A stretch of DNA of 63,492 nucleotides, the filler included, from Octopus bimaculoides (Eukaryota), in NCBI RefSeq assembly GCF_001194135.2. It is 5 parts of 5 records of this genome, joined end to end, with 100 filler letters (N's around TTAATTAATTAA, not from the genome) between each part and the next. Parts side by side here need not be neighbours in the genome. Positions count along the whole stretch, not along the records: positions 23,500 to 48,971 come from NC_068984.1; 4 more parts are not named here. One strand, written 5' to 3'. The notes under the pieces are model-generated. The model saw nothing but the letters and a program-made list of their open reading frames with translations. It did not search any database and was not told the DNA's origin. Positions within the stretch are counted from its first letter, which is position 1. Every line of letters begins with the position of its first letter. This document shows, piece after piece, positions 25,171 through 39,762 of this stretch. A program made the position numbers and the translations under genes.

Positions 25171-26410
25171 ATATGCATATGATGTGTGCGTGTGTGTGTG
25201 TGTGTGTACACACATACACATACAAGTTATTCTGTTGATTTCTAGACTGAGGATTTAGTACTTGAGTCAAGTTTATTACCTGCTCATTGGTTTAGCATTG
25301 GCCTGTCAGATGAACCATAATTGTATCTCAATGGCATGGCCTTGCCAAACATAACACTGCAACCGGTGACATTTGTAGGCATTTCCTCTCAACAACCTAT
25401 CTACTAGCTCTATGCTTTCAAATTCCTCTGAAAGTAAAATTCCCTTACTTCAAAAAGCAAATGTCTTGCCAACAGGAAGAGCATCTTGTCATAAAAAATC
25501 ATGGCTCAAGTACATTCCATCAAATCTTTGCAAGCAGGGGAAATCTTGTTGAATAAACAATTGATAAAATATGTAGTGCATATGTGTGTGTGTGCACGTG
25601 CATTATACATACATACACACACATGTACATACATATCAGCCCAGTAACTTTTAATATATCATATAAGTATGTATGTTATATACTTGTTTCTTTCAATTTA
25701 GGTATAAATATTCTATAGAAGATTGGTAGTTAGTCTTTTTTTGGACACCCAAGTAGTTACATTTCAAAAATTCAGAAGATATCATAGCACATACATTGTA
25801 TGCGCTGAATATTACTCTTTAATATTTTATATAATAATATTACAAAGGTAGTGCTCCAGCATGGCCACAGTCAAATGACTGAAACAAGTAAAAGAGTACA
25901 TCACATTATATGTTTACATTTCTTAGTATTATTTAACAATATTTCAGGAAGGAAATGCAAATTACAAGTAGAAGATGAAATTTCACACTATTAACCTTGA
26001 ACAGAAGTGATTGACTGTCTTACGTGTGTATTGGGGGGGGGGGGGAATCGAAGTCAGATTTTAATATAAAGGTTATTTTGCTTTTGGAAGTGAGTGTTTT
26101 CCAACTAATTCAATGTGTTTCTTTTTTCTTGTTAAGCATTAGTTGTAGCATGGTAGAATAAAACTGATATGTTTGTCAGATTCTTATGAAAATATCTAGA
26201 ATTTGTTCAATATAAACAAGAGAACTATGTGAACCTAGTAAACTGTACATCACTTGTGACAGCTGAACATTGACAGTACTATACAACACTGATGGATTCT
26301 GATTACTTTCTGCTCACTTGAAGATTCATTGGAAACATTTCCATACTGCTGTTTTCACACAAATTATTTTTTTCTGACAACCACCTCATTGGCTTCATTT
26401 TTCACTTTAG

Positions 26411-26476
26411 AGAAAGAGAATCTTCTGTTCACTATTCATGATTCGATTGATACTAACTTAGCAAGACAAGTGAATG
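26411..26476 (+). CDS. Candidate 66-nt internal exon (phase 1-1): xEKENLLFTIHDSIDTNLARQVN
   Basis: TTTTTCACTTTAG acceptor, GTAGAT donor; only one frame open; in phase with 30830-30940. No homolog recognised. Confidence 0.3.
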
Positions 26477-27270
26477 GTAGATTTTAATCTAAAATAACAT
26501 TGAACAGGGTTGCTTTCCTACCACTTTCACAATCCTAAAAGAGTAAATAAAAAATAAAGTAATAATAAATAAACAGAAACATTAACAGGAAAATAGAAAC
26601 CACTAGAGTTTTCATGTCTTCATTGATTGTATTTTCATTGGAGAAATACTGTTCCAGAATATCAAATTATCATTCTGCAAGGTCATGAAATGGGAGAGAA
26701 AATTAAAAGATGACAAGAATTAGGAAAATAAAGCGAATTTTATTTATGATGATCAAGTTTGCTGCATTAATGAGATCACAATTATATATTTCTGCTCAGT
26801 CCTAGCAGTCATAATTTCTCACCCATGTTCTTCGAGGTAGCAGGGTTAAAAAAAATTATGTAATTCTGAAAAATTTATCAATCGATAGAGAATGTGAATA
26901 TGGATATTAGTCCTTCTAACATTAATAATGATTCCAAACTTTGGCATAAGGCCAAATTTTGGTGTTACTGATTTAATTAACCAAGGTACTTAACTGCTAC
27001 ATTATAATTTGCAACAATGGTATGATAAAAGACAAAATCTAACTCACCAGAGTAATAGCACAAAACACAGATATGACTATACTACAGAGACTATGTCTCT
27101 TTTAAGATTTCATTTCAAATTTTTAACATTTCTCCAAAAATAGCAAATGAACTACTACAAAATTAACTCATACCATCTTCATGAATCACTTCAAACAACC
27201 TAAGACTGAACTTATAAATCTATTACTATCTTTTAAGAATATAATGTTAGATATTCACAGACTTACAGAC

Positions 27271-27310
<40 letters not shown>

Positions 27311-27954
27311 ATACATGATATCCAACAGGGTTTTTCAGCCCAGTATTTACATGCTATTATTTAGAGCTTCATGTGAAGTGCCTCAATAACCACATTCTCT
27401 TGAAAGTTCATATATTCTTATGACACGAACTATATATATATNNNNNNNNNNNNNNNNNNNNNNNNNNNNNNNNNNNNNNNNNNNNNNNNNNNNNNNNNNN
27501 NNNNNNNNNNNNNNNNNNNNNNNNNNNNNNNNNNNNNNNNNNNNNNNNNNNNNNNNNNNNNNNNNNNNNNNNNNNNNNNNNNNNNNNNNNNNNNNNNNNN
27601 NNNNNNNNNNNNNNNNNNNNNNNNNNNNNNNNNNNNNNNNNNNNNNNNNNNNNNNNNNNNNNNNNNNNNNNNNNNNNNNNNNNNNNNNNNNNNNNNNNNN
27701 NNNNNNNNNNNNNNNNNNNNNNNNNNNNNNNNNNNNNNNNNNNNNNNNNNNNNNNNNNNNNNNNNNNNNNNNNNNNNNNNNNNNNNNNNNNNNNNNNNNN
27801 NNNNNNNNNNNNNNNNNNNNNNNNNNNNNNNNNNNNNNNNNNNNNNNNNNNNNNNNNNNNNNNNNNNNNNNNNNNNNNNNNNNNNNNNNNNNNNNNNNNN
27901 NNNNNNNNNNNNNNNNNNNNNNNNNNNNNNNNNNACACATATATATATATATAT

Positions 27955-28215
27955 GAAGGTGCACAGCCTAGAGGTTAGAGAGTTGCATTCACAATTACAT
28001 GCTCATGGTTTTACTTCTCAGATTGGGTGCTATGTTATGTTTTCAAGCAAAATACTTCATTTCACATTGCTCTGTTATCCTCTCAACATCTGACGTGTGG
28101 CACAATTGTGTTCCTGCACAAGCAAAGTTGATTTGATGGAGGGAGTGAGCTTATGCGAACACAATCATTTGGTCACCATGAACAAATCATCTGTGTGGTT
28201 GTTCAGCAAGAAATA
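27955..28215 (+). mobile_element. Decayed tRNA-derived SINE
   Basis: tRNA-like head (GCACAGCCTAGAGGTTAGAG...) and body resembling a recalled Octopus SINE. Confidence 0.6.
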
Positions 28216-29159
28216 TATTTTAACAGGTTATAGAATATAGATTATATCAGATTGAGATTATAGAAAATAGATTAAGTTAAATATAAATCAACAGGATTGG
28301 GACATTATAGATTGTGTAATATCATTCCAAATAAAACTGCAATATCAAGGATATGTAGCTGATGAATGTGATATGTATGTTGATTACCAATTGGAAATTG
28401 GATAACTTCATAGCCATGGCTGTCAGGAAACTCTGAGTACAATATGTGAGTCTTCCAACTTTGTATTTTATATTAAATATAGTAATCTATTTCTATGATA
28501 CCAAGGTCATCTTTTTCTCCTTTTGTTTAATATGTGTGTATGCATGTATGTATGCATATACAATATATACACATGCTTGAAATTAAAAATTCAAATGTGC
28601 TTATTCATGTACATGTGTATACAGCTTCCTATTTCCCTTATAGGCTGGAACATGTCATTTTAATTTATATATTTATGTGGCATTTTATTTAATTTTAACC
28701 ATCATATGCACTTAACTAATGATGTTGAATGCATTAAATTTTTGCTTTCATCGATATGCTTATGTGCAGTAAATCTTTAGTTAGAATTTTATAGTAAACT
28801 CTATATAATACTTATGTACACTATCAGTGAAGATATTACATTTATATACTATGTTACTAATTAAACAATGACCATTAAGGAGGTATTTAGTACATATATT
28901 GAAGTTGCAATTAAGTGGAATACTTACTTGAAACTGATGGGGAAATGTTTGCATTTTATCTTTTGCTATGTCTTTTCATTCTAAAAGAGAATTTATTTCA
29001 TTCAAAGGAGAGGAACTCATTGCATTTGCATTTGGGATAATATTACCACCATTATTTGTCTTATTTCTACATTTTTTTATTTTTTTTTGGTGGGGGGGTT
29101 ATAACACTCTGTCCCAATATGGGTTGAGTCACTCCTATAGTTGTAGTAATATTAGGAGG

Positions 29160-29345
29160 AAGAAAGGTAGTGAGCTGGCAGAATCATTAACACTTAGCAG
29201 CTTTTCAGTTGTTTTTACATTCTGTATTCCAATTCAAAAGATCAGTTTTACCTTTCATCCTTTAGAGGTCGATAAAATAAGTACCAGTTGAGCACTGAGT
29301 TGATGTAATCAAGTAGTTCCCTCCCGCAAAATTTCAATATAGTAG
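29160..29345 (+). mobile_element. SINE (GCTGGCAGAATC family)
   Basis: Aligns by eye to 4120-5015. Confidence 0.8.
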
Positions 29346-30829
29346 AAAGAAGGAAGGAAGGTATTCATTCTAGTATTTTCGTTCTTATTGTTTTTTTAAT
29401 TATATTGTTAATATTTATGTTGTAATAAGAATTAATATCCAACTGATTTATATTACTTTGGCTACGTGTTATATTAGATTGGCAATTACTGTAAGTAAAG
29501 GTGTAATTTATCCTTGATTGGTTGCTCCTACTCTTGATGTACATATTAATTATAGAGTTATTACAGTTACTTAAACGTTCAGTTAAGTTAGGAATTTTTG
29601 AAGATATTAATTTTACAGTATAGAAATTAAATATTTTAATTCATGTGTCTCAGAAAAGTTTTTTACAATTTGAAAGCAGGATTTAGTAATATTAGTCTCA
29701 ATATGTTTTGAGTTAGTCAGACTCACAAATAAGAAAACTAGAAAATGAGTTTTCCCAGTTTTCTTATTTCTGGTAAAACTGTTAGTGGTTCCTACTCAAT
29801 TATTTTTGCTTTTCAGTGAATTAGAAGTTTTATTCAAACAAGCTCCCCACTGACGGTATACAGAATATCTATCATTCTTATGTTCTTGTCCTAATTATTC
29901 TTATTTTCTTCAAATTTTGCTAAGATTACAGATAATTAGTAGTTTTATGAATGATTTTAGTGTTGTTCATAGGTAAAAAAGAAGTATTTCATAGATATAT
30001 TCCTATAATCATTGGTATTTCTAGTAGTTATATGACTAAGTTTTTGTTTATTTCTTATCTTTTACCTTTTTTCTTTTTTGCTGCATTTGCTAACTATGCA
30101 ATGGTAGTCTTCACGCTATCAGGTTGTTCTGTATGATAGTAATTAATTAGCATGTACCTTTATTTGTTAGTCATGGGATCTAGTATTCATTTTGGTTGCA
30201 GTTTATCTGCGCACATGCATACAGATATCAAATTCAATTTCGAAAAATATTTGAACATAATTAAAGTTTTTATTTCAAGTAAAGTTAATGTAATTTTTTC
30301 GGGCATCAAGTACCTAAATTGAACTTTAAATATATTTGTGACATAAAATTATAATGAATGAAATACATTCTATAAATACAATCAATTTATTTACAAGCTA
30401 ATGCATTGTCACTATGTTTATAATCTTATTAAACTTAGAAGACTCTTAGTTCTTGAATATCATTGCAAAATCTTGGATGTATCAGCAAACATTGGAAAAT
30501 TCCATAAACTTCAATGATTTTAAGAAATGAAATATATAGGGTTACATAAGGAATGTATATAAAATCTAAATCTGGATTTATTTTACATTATTAGTAGTAC
30601 CACAAAAAAGCAACATCAATTATTTTTCAGTATAATAAAAGTAATTTTTTAAAAATTCAACTTAATGTTCATATAATGCTACAAGACAATTTATTTTACT
30701 AATAGAACTACAGCTGTATTACTGTGCAATTCTGTATGAGATTGGTAAATTAAATATCTGTTCATGTCAGAAATATACTTCATACTAACTTTTACAACAA
30801 CAATCTTTTTCTTTTTTTTTAATCATAAG

Positions 30830-30940
30830 ATAACCTCAAGCGGTTTGGCAGTAAAGACTTCAATCTGTATGAAAGGAATATGAGAGATGCATGGTATTAT
30901 AATAGATCTCTAGCTGAAACTGTACTTAGTCTGCCTAAAG
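30830..30940 (+). CDS. Candidate 111-nt internal exon (phase 1-1): DNLKRFGSKDFNLYERNMRDAWYYNRSLAETVLSLPK
   Basis: TACTAAC branch consensus (30783-30789), long T tract, TAAG acceptor, AAG|GTAGGT donor; length a multiple of 3; other two frames stopped. Product not recognised. Confidence 0.55.
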
Positions 30941-32112
30941 GTAGGTGTGACCATTGATATGAATGTTTATGTGTGTGTATGTGTGCATGCGTGTGTTTGT
31001 GTGTGTGAAATATATATTATATGCATATACATATATAAAGTAAATACATTAATTGTATGCTAAGAGAAAGGTTAGTAAGTCTACTGCTATAGATTACATA
31101 ACATTAAGACAGGAGTGGCCAACTGGTTTAACTTAAAGCACTGCCTAAGATTAATTTGTGATGCTCACAAAATGTAAAATGCAAACTAAGTTTGTCTTAT
31201 ACAATTTCATAATAAAACAATAGTTAACAGAAATACTTCTGTTTTATTGTTCTAAGGGAATATTGTAATCTTTTTAAGAAAAATATATGGAAGACAATTT
31301 ATTCAGAAGCAAGGGATCTTCATAGAATTACTTTTGTTTTTCTTTTTAACATTACAATAGCTTTCCTAGGTTAATCTGACTTCATTAAGTCCATTTAACT
31401 GTTAATTTCAAATACTCACTTCAATTCACTGAGAAGAATATCAAATTAATCTAGAAAAAAATGCAGTTTGAGACTGTAATACAGTGTCCTAGCAACTCAA
31501 CACCTAATTCATAATATGAAAAGTATTTAAGAAAAGAAAAATGTTGAGTATAATATCATGAGTCAAATAACTTCAAATTATACTGGGTCTTAATAAAACA
31601 TTGAAGATATAATTCCTCTTGGCATAATATTTCTAATATTTTACTAAGGATGGAAATAATTTTATGTTACAGATGTTTCATTCATATTCTTTATTTCAGA
31701 AGAAACCAAAACTACTAATATAAATTGACAGATTTGTTTTGTGATGTTTTCAACAACATTAGAAAGCTATATTCACTTAAAATATCATTTATTCACATAA
31801 TTCTGATCTGTGTATTACACAGACAATGAATTTATCTACAGCTGGCAACAAGGCTTAGTTGTAATGGTAATTGATGGAACAATTGATATATTTATTGCAC
31901 TTACCCATGCAAACTAGATTTTAGGAAAACACCATATTGCTTCTGTTATATCTACTCAAAATACCAAACTACAAGTGTTAACAATAAAGCTTATTTGTTT
32001 ACAACATCAGCAAATTGAATGCAGAAGTAAAACCTTATGGTGTGAAATAGTATAAAATAGCAGTTCTAATGATTTTTTAAAGTAACCTACCTACACCTAT
32101 CTTCTTAGCTTA

Positions 32113-32765
32113 TATGTGGAGGTACCCAAAGGTAACTGGAAATGTTCTCTGTGGGACAAGCCCTTTGTAGTTCAGGCTTCCACCACTAGAAGCCACTCGA
32201 TGTGACCCTAAGGCAACAGTCTGCCAACCAGCATCATCAGGTTAGATCATACTGCCACATGGTCCATCTTTGTTTTGCAGTGCTTCTCCCTTGTGCATTG
32301 ATTTTTACGAATGCTGAAACGAAGAAACAGCATACTTCCATGAAATTCTGTTTTCTGCTGGGGGAAACGGCAGTTGAAACAGTTGTCATGCTTCAAACAG
32401 CTTACAAGGACACTGCTAGGAGCAAAACTCAGGCTTATGAGTGGTTTTCACGCTTTAGGAATGGTCACTTGTTGCTTGAAGACAAACCTCAATGATCACC
32501 CTGAGGTCAATTCAGGTTGATCATTGACCTCCTAAATGAATGAAAACATCATGAAAATTCATGAACTGATCTTGGAGGACTGTCACTGAACAACTTATGA
32601 ACTTGTTGATATGATTGGTGTGTTCTGGAGCTCCTGCCAATGAATTTTGAGTGAGGAATTATGAATGAAAAGAATTTCAGCAAAATTTGTGCCTCGCTTA
32701 CTCACAGATCAAAAGCGGTCACAACTTAATGCATGTCATGGGCTGAAAGAACTGCTAGAAGTGGA
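32113..32765 (+). mobile_element. Decayed mariner transposon, 5' part
   Basis: MKFCFLLGETAVETVVMLQTAYKDTARSKTQAYEWFSRFRNGHLLLEDKP matches the mariner N-terminal HTH; downstream frame has stops. Confidence 0.88.
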
Positions 32766-34334
32766 ATGAACTAGACTAACTAATTAAATGAAAATTCAAC
32801 ATTTTTATAACAATTATTACCAATCTTGCAAAATTTTCTTATGTAATTAGTATCAGTATGTATACTTGAATGGTTGTAGAGAATCTAAACCTTGTGATGT
32901 GTATTGATTTTGACAATTGTTACAAATCATTTAAAATTTTTTCCCTATCTATGTCCCAAGGTTGTGTTGAATAAACCTATAAATAACAAACAAATATTTA
33001 ATAAAATGTTGTTGCAAAAACTCCTACACATCACAGACTTTTATGTCAACAGAACTAACCATTTCCAAACTATTCAATAACACCACATTCCTCTCTAAAG
33101 CTTCTTATCTACATATCACACCTAATCTGACTTTCCTAATACCTTCATATTCTACAGGCTATGTTGTGGATTTATTATTCTTGGTTGGTAACAGGCTTGT
33201 ATTAAATTGACTATTCACAGTAATCACTTCAACCTATATTTTTAACCATATAAAATCAGTATGAATCCAAGTCATACATAAATATATAGTTCATCACATG
33301 AATCAGTTTATAATTCACAGCTACACATACACCTGCATATACTCAAACATCAACTGAAGGAAAGTGTAATGCTTATACACTGCTTCATATCTATTTCAGC
33401 TATGTCCATTATGCTGAACCAAAGAAAATATTTACTCTGAGTTGTTTTGTAACATTGGTGTCTTAGATATAATGATCACTATCAATTGGAACCTAGAGGT
33501 GAAATATTCATAGCTGTTTAAATTACTGTGCTTGTTGTCTAATAACATAGAATGGACTATTGATTACTAACATTTTTGTATATGCTTTCTTCCAGGTAAC
33601 AAATTTCATGGCTATTACTCATTGTCTAGCATTTCTGAGATATGAGAACTGCTGGTTCTATGACTGCTATATCATATTGCTTAATTGTATCGATAAATAC
33701 CTCCCCTGGTGGATCAACTTGAAAAGTATGGAATCACAAAAGCAGCTAATTTTCAAAGACTTATCTCACTTTTGCTATCAAGATTTTGCAAGATTTCCTT
33801 AAAGTAATAATGCATGCTGCCACAGATTCCACTGCACCACTTATTCATGCTCTAATACACATAATGGTACTACACGGTCAATTTATCTTGTGCCTGTGCA
33901 ATGCATGCTTGGATGTAGCACTTAATTCAAATAGGCACACCCATCAACTCCATGCAAGCATGAAATAATGTTAAAATATTAACGATGATGAGCAGGATAT
34001 AATAGCATATCTAACGATGGTTCAATGATCTACTGCTTAAATACATGACCCAGTCAATTTCCCCTGTTGAAACCCAGTATACTTAACCAATCTATGTCCA
34101 TAAGGTTACCAAGGATTAATCATTAGCCATTGATTTAAACTGATGCCATCTCCGACATGAAATAACTTAAGAGATGTTGAAAAATATTTTGTATCCTTTT
34201 AATTTTTGCAAAATTATTACTGTTTAATATGAGTTCAATTTTTTTTTCATTATTATTGCCATAACCAATGAGAACATAATGGCAGCAACATCAGTGATTA
34301 ACAAAAAGCAGTATGAGGACAAAAGCAGGAACTG

Positions 34335-34424
34335 GTGGTGGTGGTGGTGGTGGTGGTGGTGGTAATGATAGTGATGGTGGTGTGTTAGAGAAGAAAGAGA
34401 AGTAATATCAGTAGAAGTAATATC

Positions 34425-34459
<35 letters not shown>

Positions 34460-34560
34460 CATTAGTAGTATTAGTAGTAGTAGTATTAGTAGTAGTAACA
34501 GCAGTAGCAGCAGCAGAGGTGGTGGTGCTGCTGCTGTTGATGGTTTTGGAGGTAGGAGTA
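34335..34560. repeat. Mosaic trinucleotide array (TGG)n/(TAG)n/(CAG)n
   Basis: Direct reading. Confidence 0.92.
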
Positions 34561-37500
34561 AGAGTAGGACCAAAACGATCCAATTAGTAATAAAAAAATT
34601 CATCTTCAATGCAAAAGCAAGTGATCCCACCCATTCCTGTGGTTACTGACCAACATGATTATATTCTGTGTAGGGTGGAGACATGGAATTTGATAAGTTT
34701 CTCCAGCTCAATATTAAACACACTGCCCTAGTCCTGCTATTTAAATACAATTCGGTGAATCTCCCTTCCCACTTCTGTTTTCTCTGTTATCACAGAAATA
34801 TAACTGTTTGTTTTTTCACAAATCACCGGAATAAAAAAGTTTACAATAGCTATGGACAACACTTATTGCTTAAACTAGTAAACATTAACACACAAAAAAA
34901 AATTTCACTGTAATTTCCTATATCAATCAATGCAATTTTCTGTATTACTTTAGTTCCTAATTGAATCTAATTATGGCCCTTAATGATTATGTACAATATA
35001 TAAATGACATTGTTCCTCATTTTGCCTTGATTGAAAAAATTATCATAGTGCTTATACAGATATAATCATACTAAAAATAAATCTATGTTAATAAAAGCAA
35101 AATTTTGTCTGTCCATCCCCTGTATCTCAGTCTATATTTGCTCTACATAGACATATTGTACCTTTTTGGAATCAGGATGATCCTGGGATAGAAAGTCTGC
35201 CCTTCATTGGGTTCTTGTACATTCACCATTGGAATCTGATTTAAAAGCATTTGGGTTGCTATTTCTAACAGGTAAAACTTTGCTGATTCATGTGATCTTG
35301 CTTGACATTTGTCAGATGACATCAGATATCAAGGGGGAGATAAATGATATTCCCTTTTGTTACTTTTATGTCAAGATGAGAACTTTGGGACAAATTGGCC
35401 AACAGTTGGAATTCAACTAGGGACTGGAACAATAGAACAATTGCATTACAGAATTAATTTTCAACGTTCTTTAACCTCTGATCAAACACCACCGAGGTCA
35501 TATGGTCATTATAGATGTATTAGAGTCATACTATTTAGCTCCTTTTAGTTTTGGGCTGCAAGGCCCAATTAGCCCTCCACAGGAGCTAGCTTAAATGTCC
35601 ACATGGAGTGTAGCTTTAAAGCTAGTATTAAATAAAAATTTTCACTTTTTCCAATGTTATCTACATTTGTTTATCCTAGCTTAAGATAACTGTAATAGCT
35701 TGTTTTCCTGTAGTTGATGCATAAGATTTCCCAAATGTAATATCATTTCAGTCTCATGGAATATTTGGTTGATTAAGTTATTATTAATTTTAATGATCAA
35801 CAGCTATATTTTATTGACTTCCTTTTAAGTGCAACGCAATAATAATTCGGTATTTTACTATTTCAGAATTTATAGTTATTTTAAGATTGGCAGCCTATTT
35901 CAAAAATTTCTATCCCTAACAATTGTCAAACTGTATTTTGACTTCAAGAGTTTCCCCTGCAGTCATCTATATTTAGAAAACCTGGTCTAATTTTAAAAAT
36001 ATTTTGAATAAAACAAATAGTTAAAATATTATAAAAAGGAAGTTGTATGGTATCTAATGCATATAAATCTACTTCAGAAAGAAGACCAGAATAGAAATAT
36101 AAATTTAGAAAAGTTATTTTATTGTACTCATTAGGTTCTTTTGCTACTTTGTTATCATTACAAATAAGTATTATTCTATAAGTAGACATAATTTAACTGT
36201 CTTAATATGGAATTTTGTATTGCTGAATCAGTTGTGGCATAAAAATACCTCTCATTGCTGATTCAGTGAATGCAGCTTCATTTAACATTTGGTCACAAAA
36301 GTAGAGCAAGTACTGTTAATTCAAACAATCATAAATGAATGAACAAAGAAAACATCTAAATTATCAAGAGTACTACACAGAACTACAGAAATATGCAATT
36401 GGTGAGAAATATAATAGTTTGTCAGAAAAGCATCTCTAGAAACAGCGATTCTCTATATCTTAACATTACAGAATAAACAAGGTGAAGATATAACATTGTT
36501 TTTTTTTTTTAAATGGTGACATAAAGATCATACCCTCAAGAATAGTTTGAAGAAAATAATCAAGCAGAAAAGCATGAAGAATCTTTTTAACATAAAACTG
36601 TGAAATTTGCTATAAATGAAGTTAAAAGTGAAATAAGTAGAATTGTAAATCTTTAGTATGCCATTTAATTGTTTCAGTCATTAGATTGCAGTCAAGCTGA
36701 AGCACCACCTTGGAGAATTCTGCTGAGGTGGACTTTGCCTTTCATCCTTTCGGGGTCAATAAATTAAGTACCAGTTGCATACTGAGCCGATCCAATTGAC
36801 TGTCCGCCTCCCCTAAAATTCCAGGCCTTGTGCCTATAGTAGAAAGGATTATTTGAGGTGATGGAGTGGCAAACATTGTAGAATACAACTTTAAATACTT
36901 TACATTATTTCTCTTTATAATTTGAGCTGTATTGGAATTAACTTTACCTTTCATCTCTCTAGGACCTACAACATAAGTTTCAGCATGTACTGATACCAGT
37001 TTATTAAATGATACATTTCCTATACAAATTTGTTATAACTATAATTATTATCATAATAATCTCTTTTGTTAATGCAGTTTTCTTAATCACAGTACCGAAT
37101 TCAAACTGTGTGTATAAATTGCATGCAGTTTTTGTTTTTTCTGTATGCATGTATACATATATTTCATGCCTTCAGCTTATGAATGGGACTCTACATAACA
37201 CAGATGTCCTGAATAATAATTCTATTTATTGTCAATTAGATGGATGATGCTCAGAATACAGCTTTTTTTAAATATTATATTAACTCCTATTAACATTCAA
37301 ATAATAATTAGAATAGTTACCACATGCATTTTCTATATCCTTATTTTTCAATTCTTACATCTAAATGGGCTCTCAATCTTCTTTACTGCAATATATGGTC
37401 AGAATAAATTAAGATACTAATGAAAATATATTCTTACTTTAATTCATCATTTGTAAAGAAAATATTTGGGTATATTTCTTCAGATCTTTTTTATAAGGAT

Positions 37501-38814
37501 ATACACCAAAGAAACTCATCAATGGTGAGTGTCACAGAGAAGAGAATGGTTGCCAAATAAGAAAGGTGCTACAAGGACAGCCTGAAAGAAACATCGTATG
37601 AGTCCTGTGGACAGTTTCCTCGGAATTAATCAACAAATCCTTATGATGCACCCTCATCAATAAAAACAGAAAATCCTCACAAAAGTATGCATTCAGGCAT
37701 CAGAAACCAAGCTTAAGTTCCACAAAGCTTGGTCTACTAGCACTTGAATTAAGTCACAGACTTTCATGCATTCTCCGTTCCAGCGATTATTTTATTTCCA
37801 TACAAGAATTGCCACATCAGCTATCTGTAGATCCATAAAACCCATCCTATTGCATAGATGTAAATCAATGTCTTCGGCAATCACAGATAGATTAACGATG
37901 ATCTATTCTTGTCCAAACAAAGGAAAACACAAAATACCAATACTCATATAATAACCCTTGCCAGCATGGAATATACACATTAAATGATGATGGTGATGAT
38001 GATGATGATGATGTTGAGTGTGCCAGTGTATTTATTATAACTTAACACTATACCCACAATTCTCAGGATAAGATAATCTGGTATGTCTCATTTTTTTTAT
38101 AGACTTTCATTTTATGTATGAACTATAGAAAATCAGTTTAACCCTTCTTTAGTTATAAATATATGTCCTTGATTTGACTTCTCAGCAGTGTTTATACCAG
38201 GGCTATAGTAAACATAGAAGAGACAATACATTATAGTAGAAATGCTTTTCTTCTTTAAAATTGTGTTTTATAAANNNNNNNNNNNNNNNNNNNNNNNNNN
38301 NNNNNNNNNNNNNNNNNNNNNNNNNNNNNNNNNNNNNNNNNNNNNNNNNNNNNNNNNNNNNNNNNNNNNNNNNNNNNNNNNNNNNNNNNNNNNNNNNNNN
38401 NNNNNNNNNNNNNNNNNNNNNNNNNNNNNNNNNNNNNNNNNNNNNNNNNNNNNNNNNNNNNNNNNNNNNNNNNNNNNNNNNNNNNNNNNNNNNNNNNNNN
38501 NNNNNNNNNNNNNNNNNNNNNNNNNNNNNNNNNNNNNNNNNNNNNNNNNNNNNNNNNNNNNNNNNNNNNNNNNNNNNNNNNNNNNNNNNNNNNNNNNNNN
38601 NNNNNNNNNNNNNNNNNNNNNNNNNNNNNNNNNNNNNNNNNNNNNNNNNNNNNNNNNNNNNNNNNNNNNNNNNNNNNNNNNNNNNNNNNNNNNNNNNNNN
38701 NNNNNNNNNNNNNNNNNNNNNNNNNNNNNNNNNNNNNNNNNNNNNNNNNNNNNNNNNNNNNNNNNNNNNNNNNNNNNNNNNNNNNNNNNNNNNNNNNNNN
38801 NNNNNNNNNNNNNN

Positions 38815-38863
<49 letters not shown>

Positions 38864-39280
38864 CATATATACATACACATATGTGCACACATATATATAC
38901 ACTCACATATGTACACATATATATACACATGCGCATACACATATAAACATACATACACATGCATACATTAATATACGCACATGTATACACACACAAACAC
39001 ATACAACACAGCATCAGCTGTTCCTAAATGCAATAAACCAGAATCTGCATAAAGTTGTGAAGGAATTTTAATGGCTCTATTACTAATATTTTGGTGTTGG
39101 TAAGACTTAGCAACTTTCTATCTTAAATATTTGTCGCTATACTCATAAAAATGAAAGCTGATCATAATGGTAGAAATGGAACTAAAAAGTGTAACTGAGG
39201 AATGGAATCAATATGTAATATTACATAAGAAATGGAAACCAAAACCCTGAAACTTCACACTGGAATATTGGTACCTGGTT

Positions 39281-39493
39281 AATGAGGTGAGGTAGAAGAA
39301 CTGTTAGCATGCCAGGCAAAATGCTTGATGGTATTTTATTCATCTTTATGTTCTGAGTTTGATTTCCCTTGAGGCCAACTTTGCCTGTTGTCCTTTCAGG
39401 GTTCATAGAATAAGAACCAGTTGAATACTAGGGTTGATGTAATTGACTTACCTTTCCTACAAAATTGCTGGCCTTGTGCCAAAATTTTAAACT
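39281..39493 (+). mobile_element. CpG-decayed SINE with 17-bp flanking direct repeat
   Basis: AATATTGGTACCTGGTT at 39264-39280 and 39494-39510. Confidence 0.82.
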
Positions 39494-39762
39494 AATATTG
39501 GTACCTGGTTGAGATTAACATTTTTCTATCATTATAAGTGGTAGTTTCTATCATTTTCAAGAACATCTCCGAACATTGAGTAATACATTTGAAAATTGGA
39601 AAATATAGTTTGGAAATCTGTGAGCAGATAAACATAGAGAATGTAATTATTTTGAACAAGTACACTATCAGATTTGGCACAAATTTCTTGAAATATATTT
39701 GAAGCAGTTTAAGGATAAGGAATCTTTAAAAATAAAGGTATTCTTCTTTAATCAGTAGTTGT

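Noticed and set aside
29817-29855. Small exon candidate after TTTTCAG
   Set aside because: All three frames are stopped from the best acceptor; the alternative acceptor is weak and out of phase with 26411-26476.
34224-34630. Signal-peptide-like and Thr/His-rich ORFs
   Set aside because: Products of a trinucleotide mosaic with no splice or domain support.
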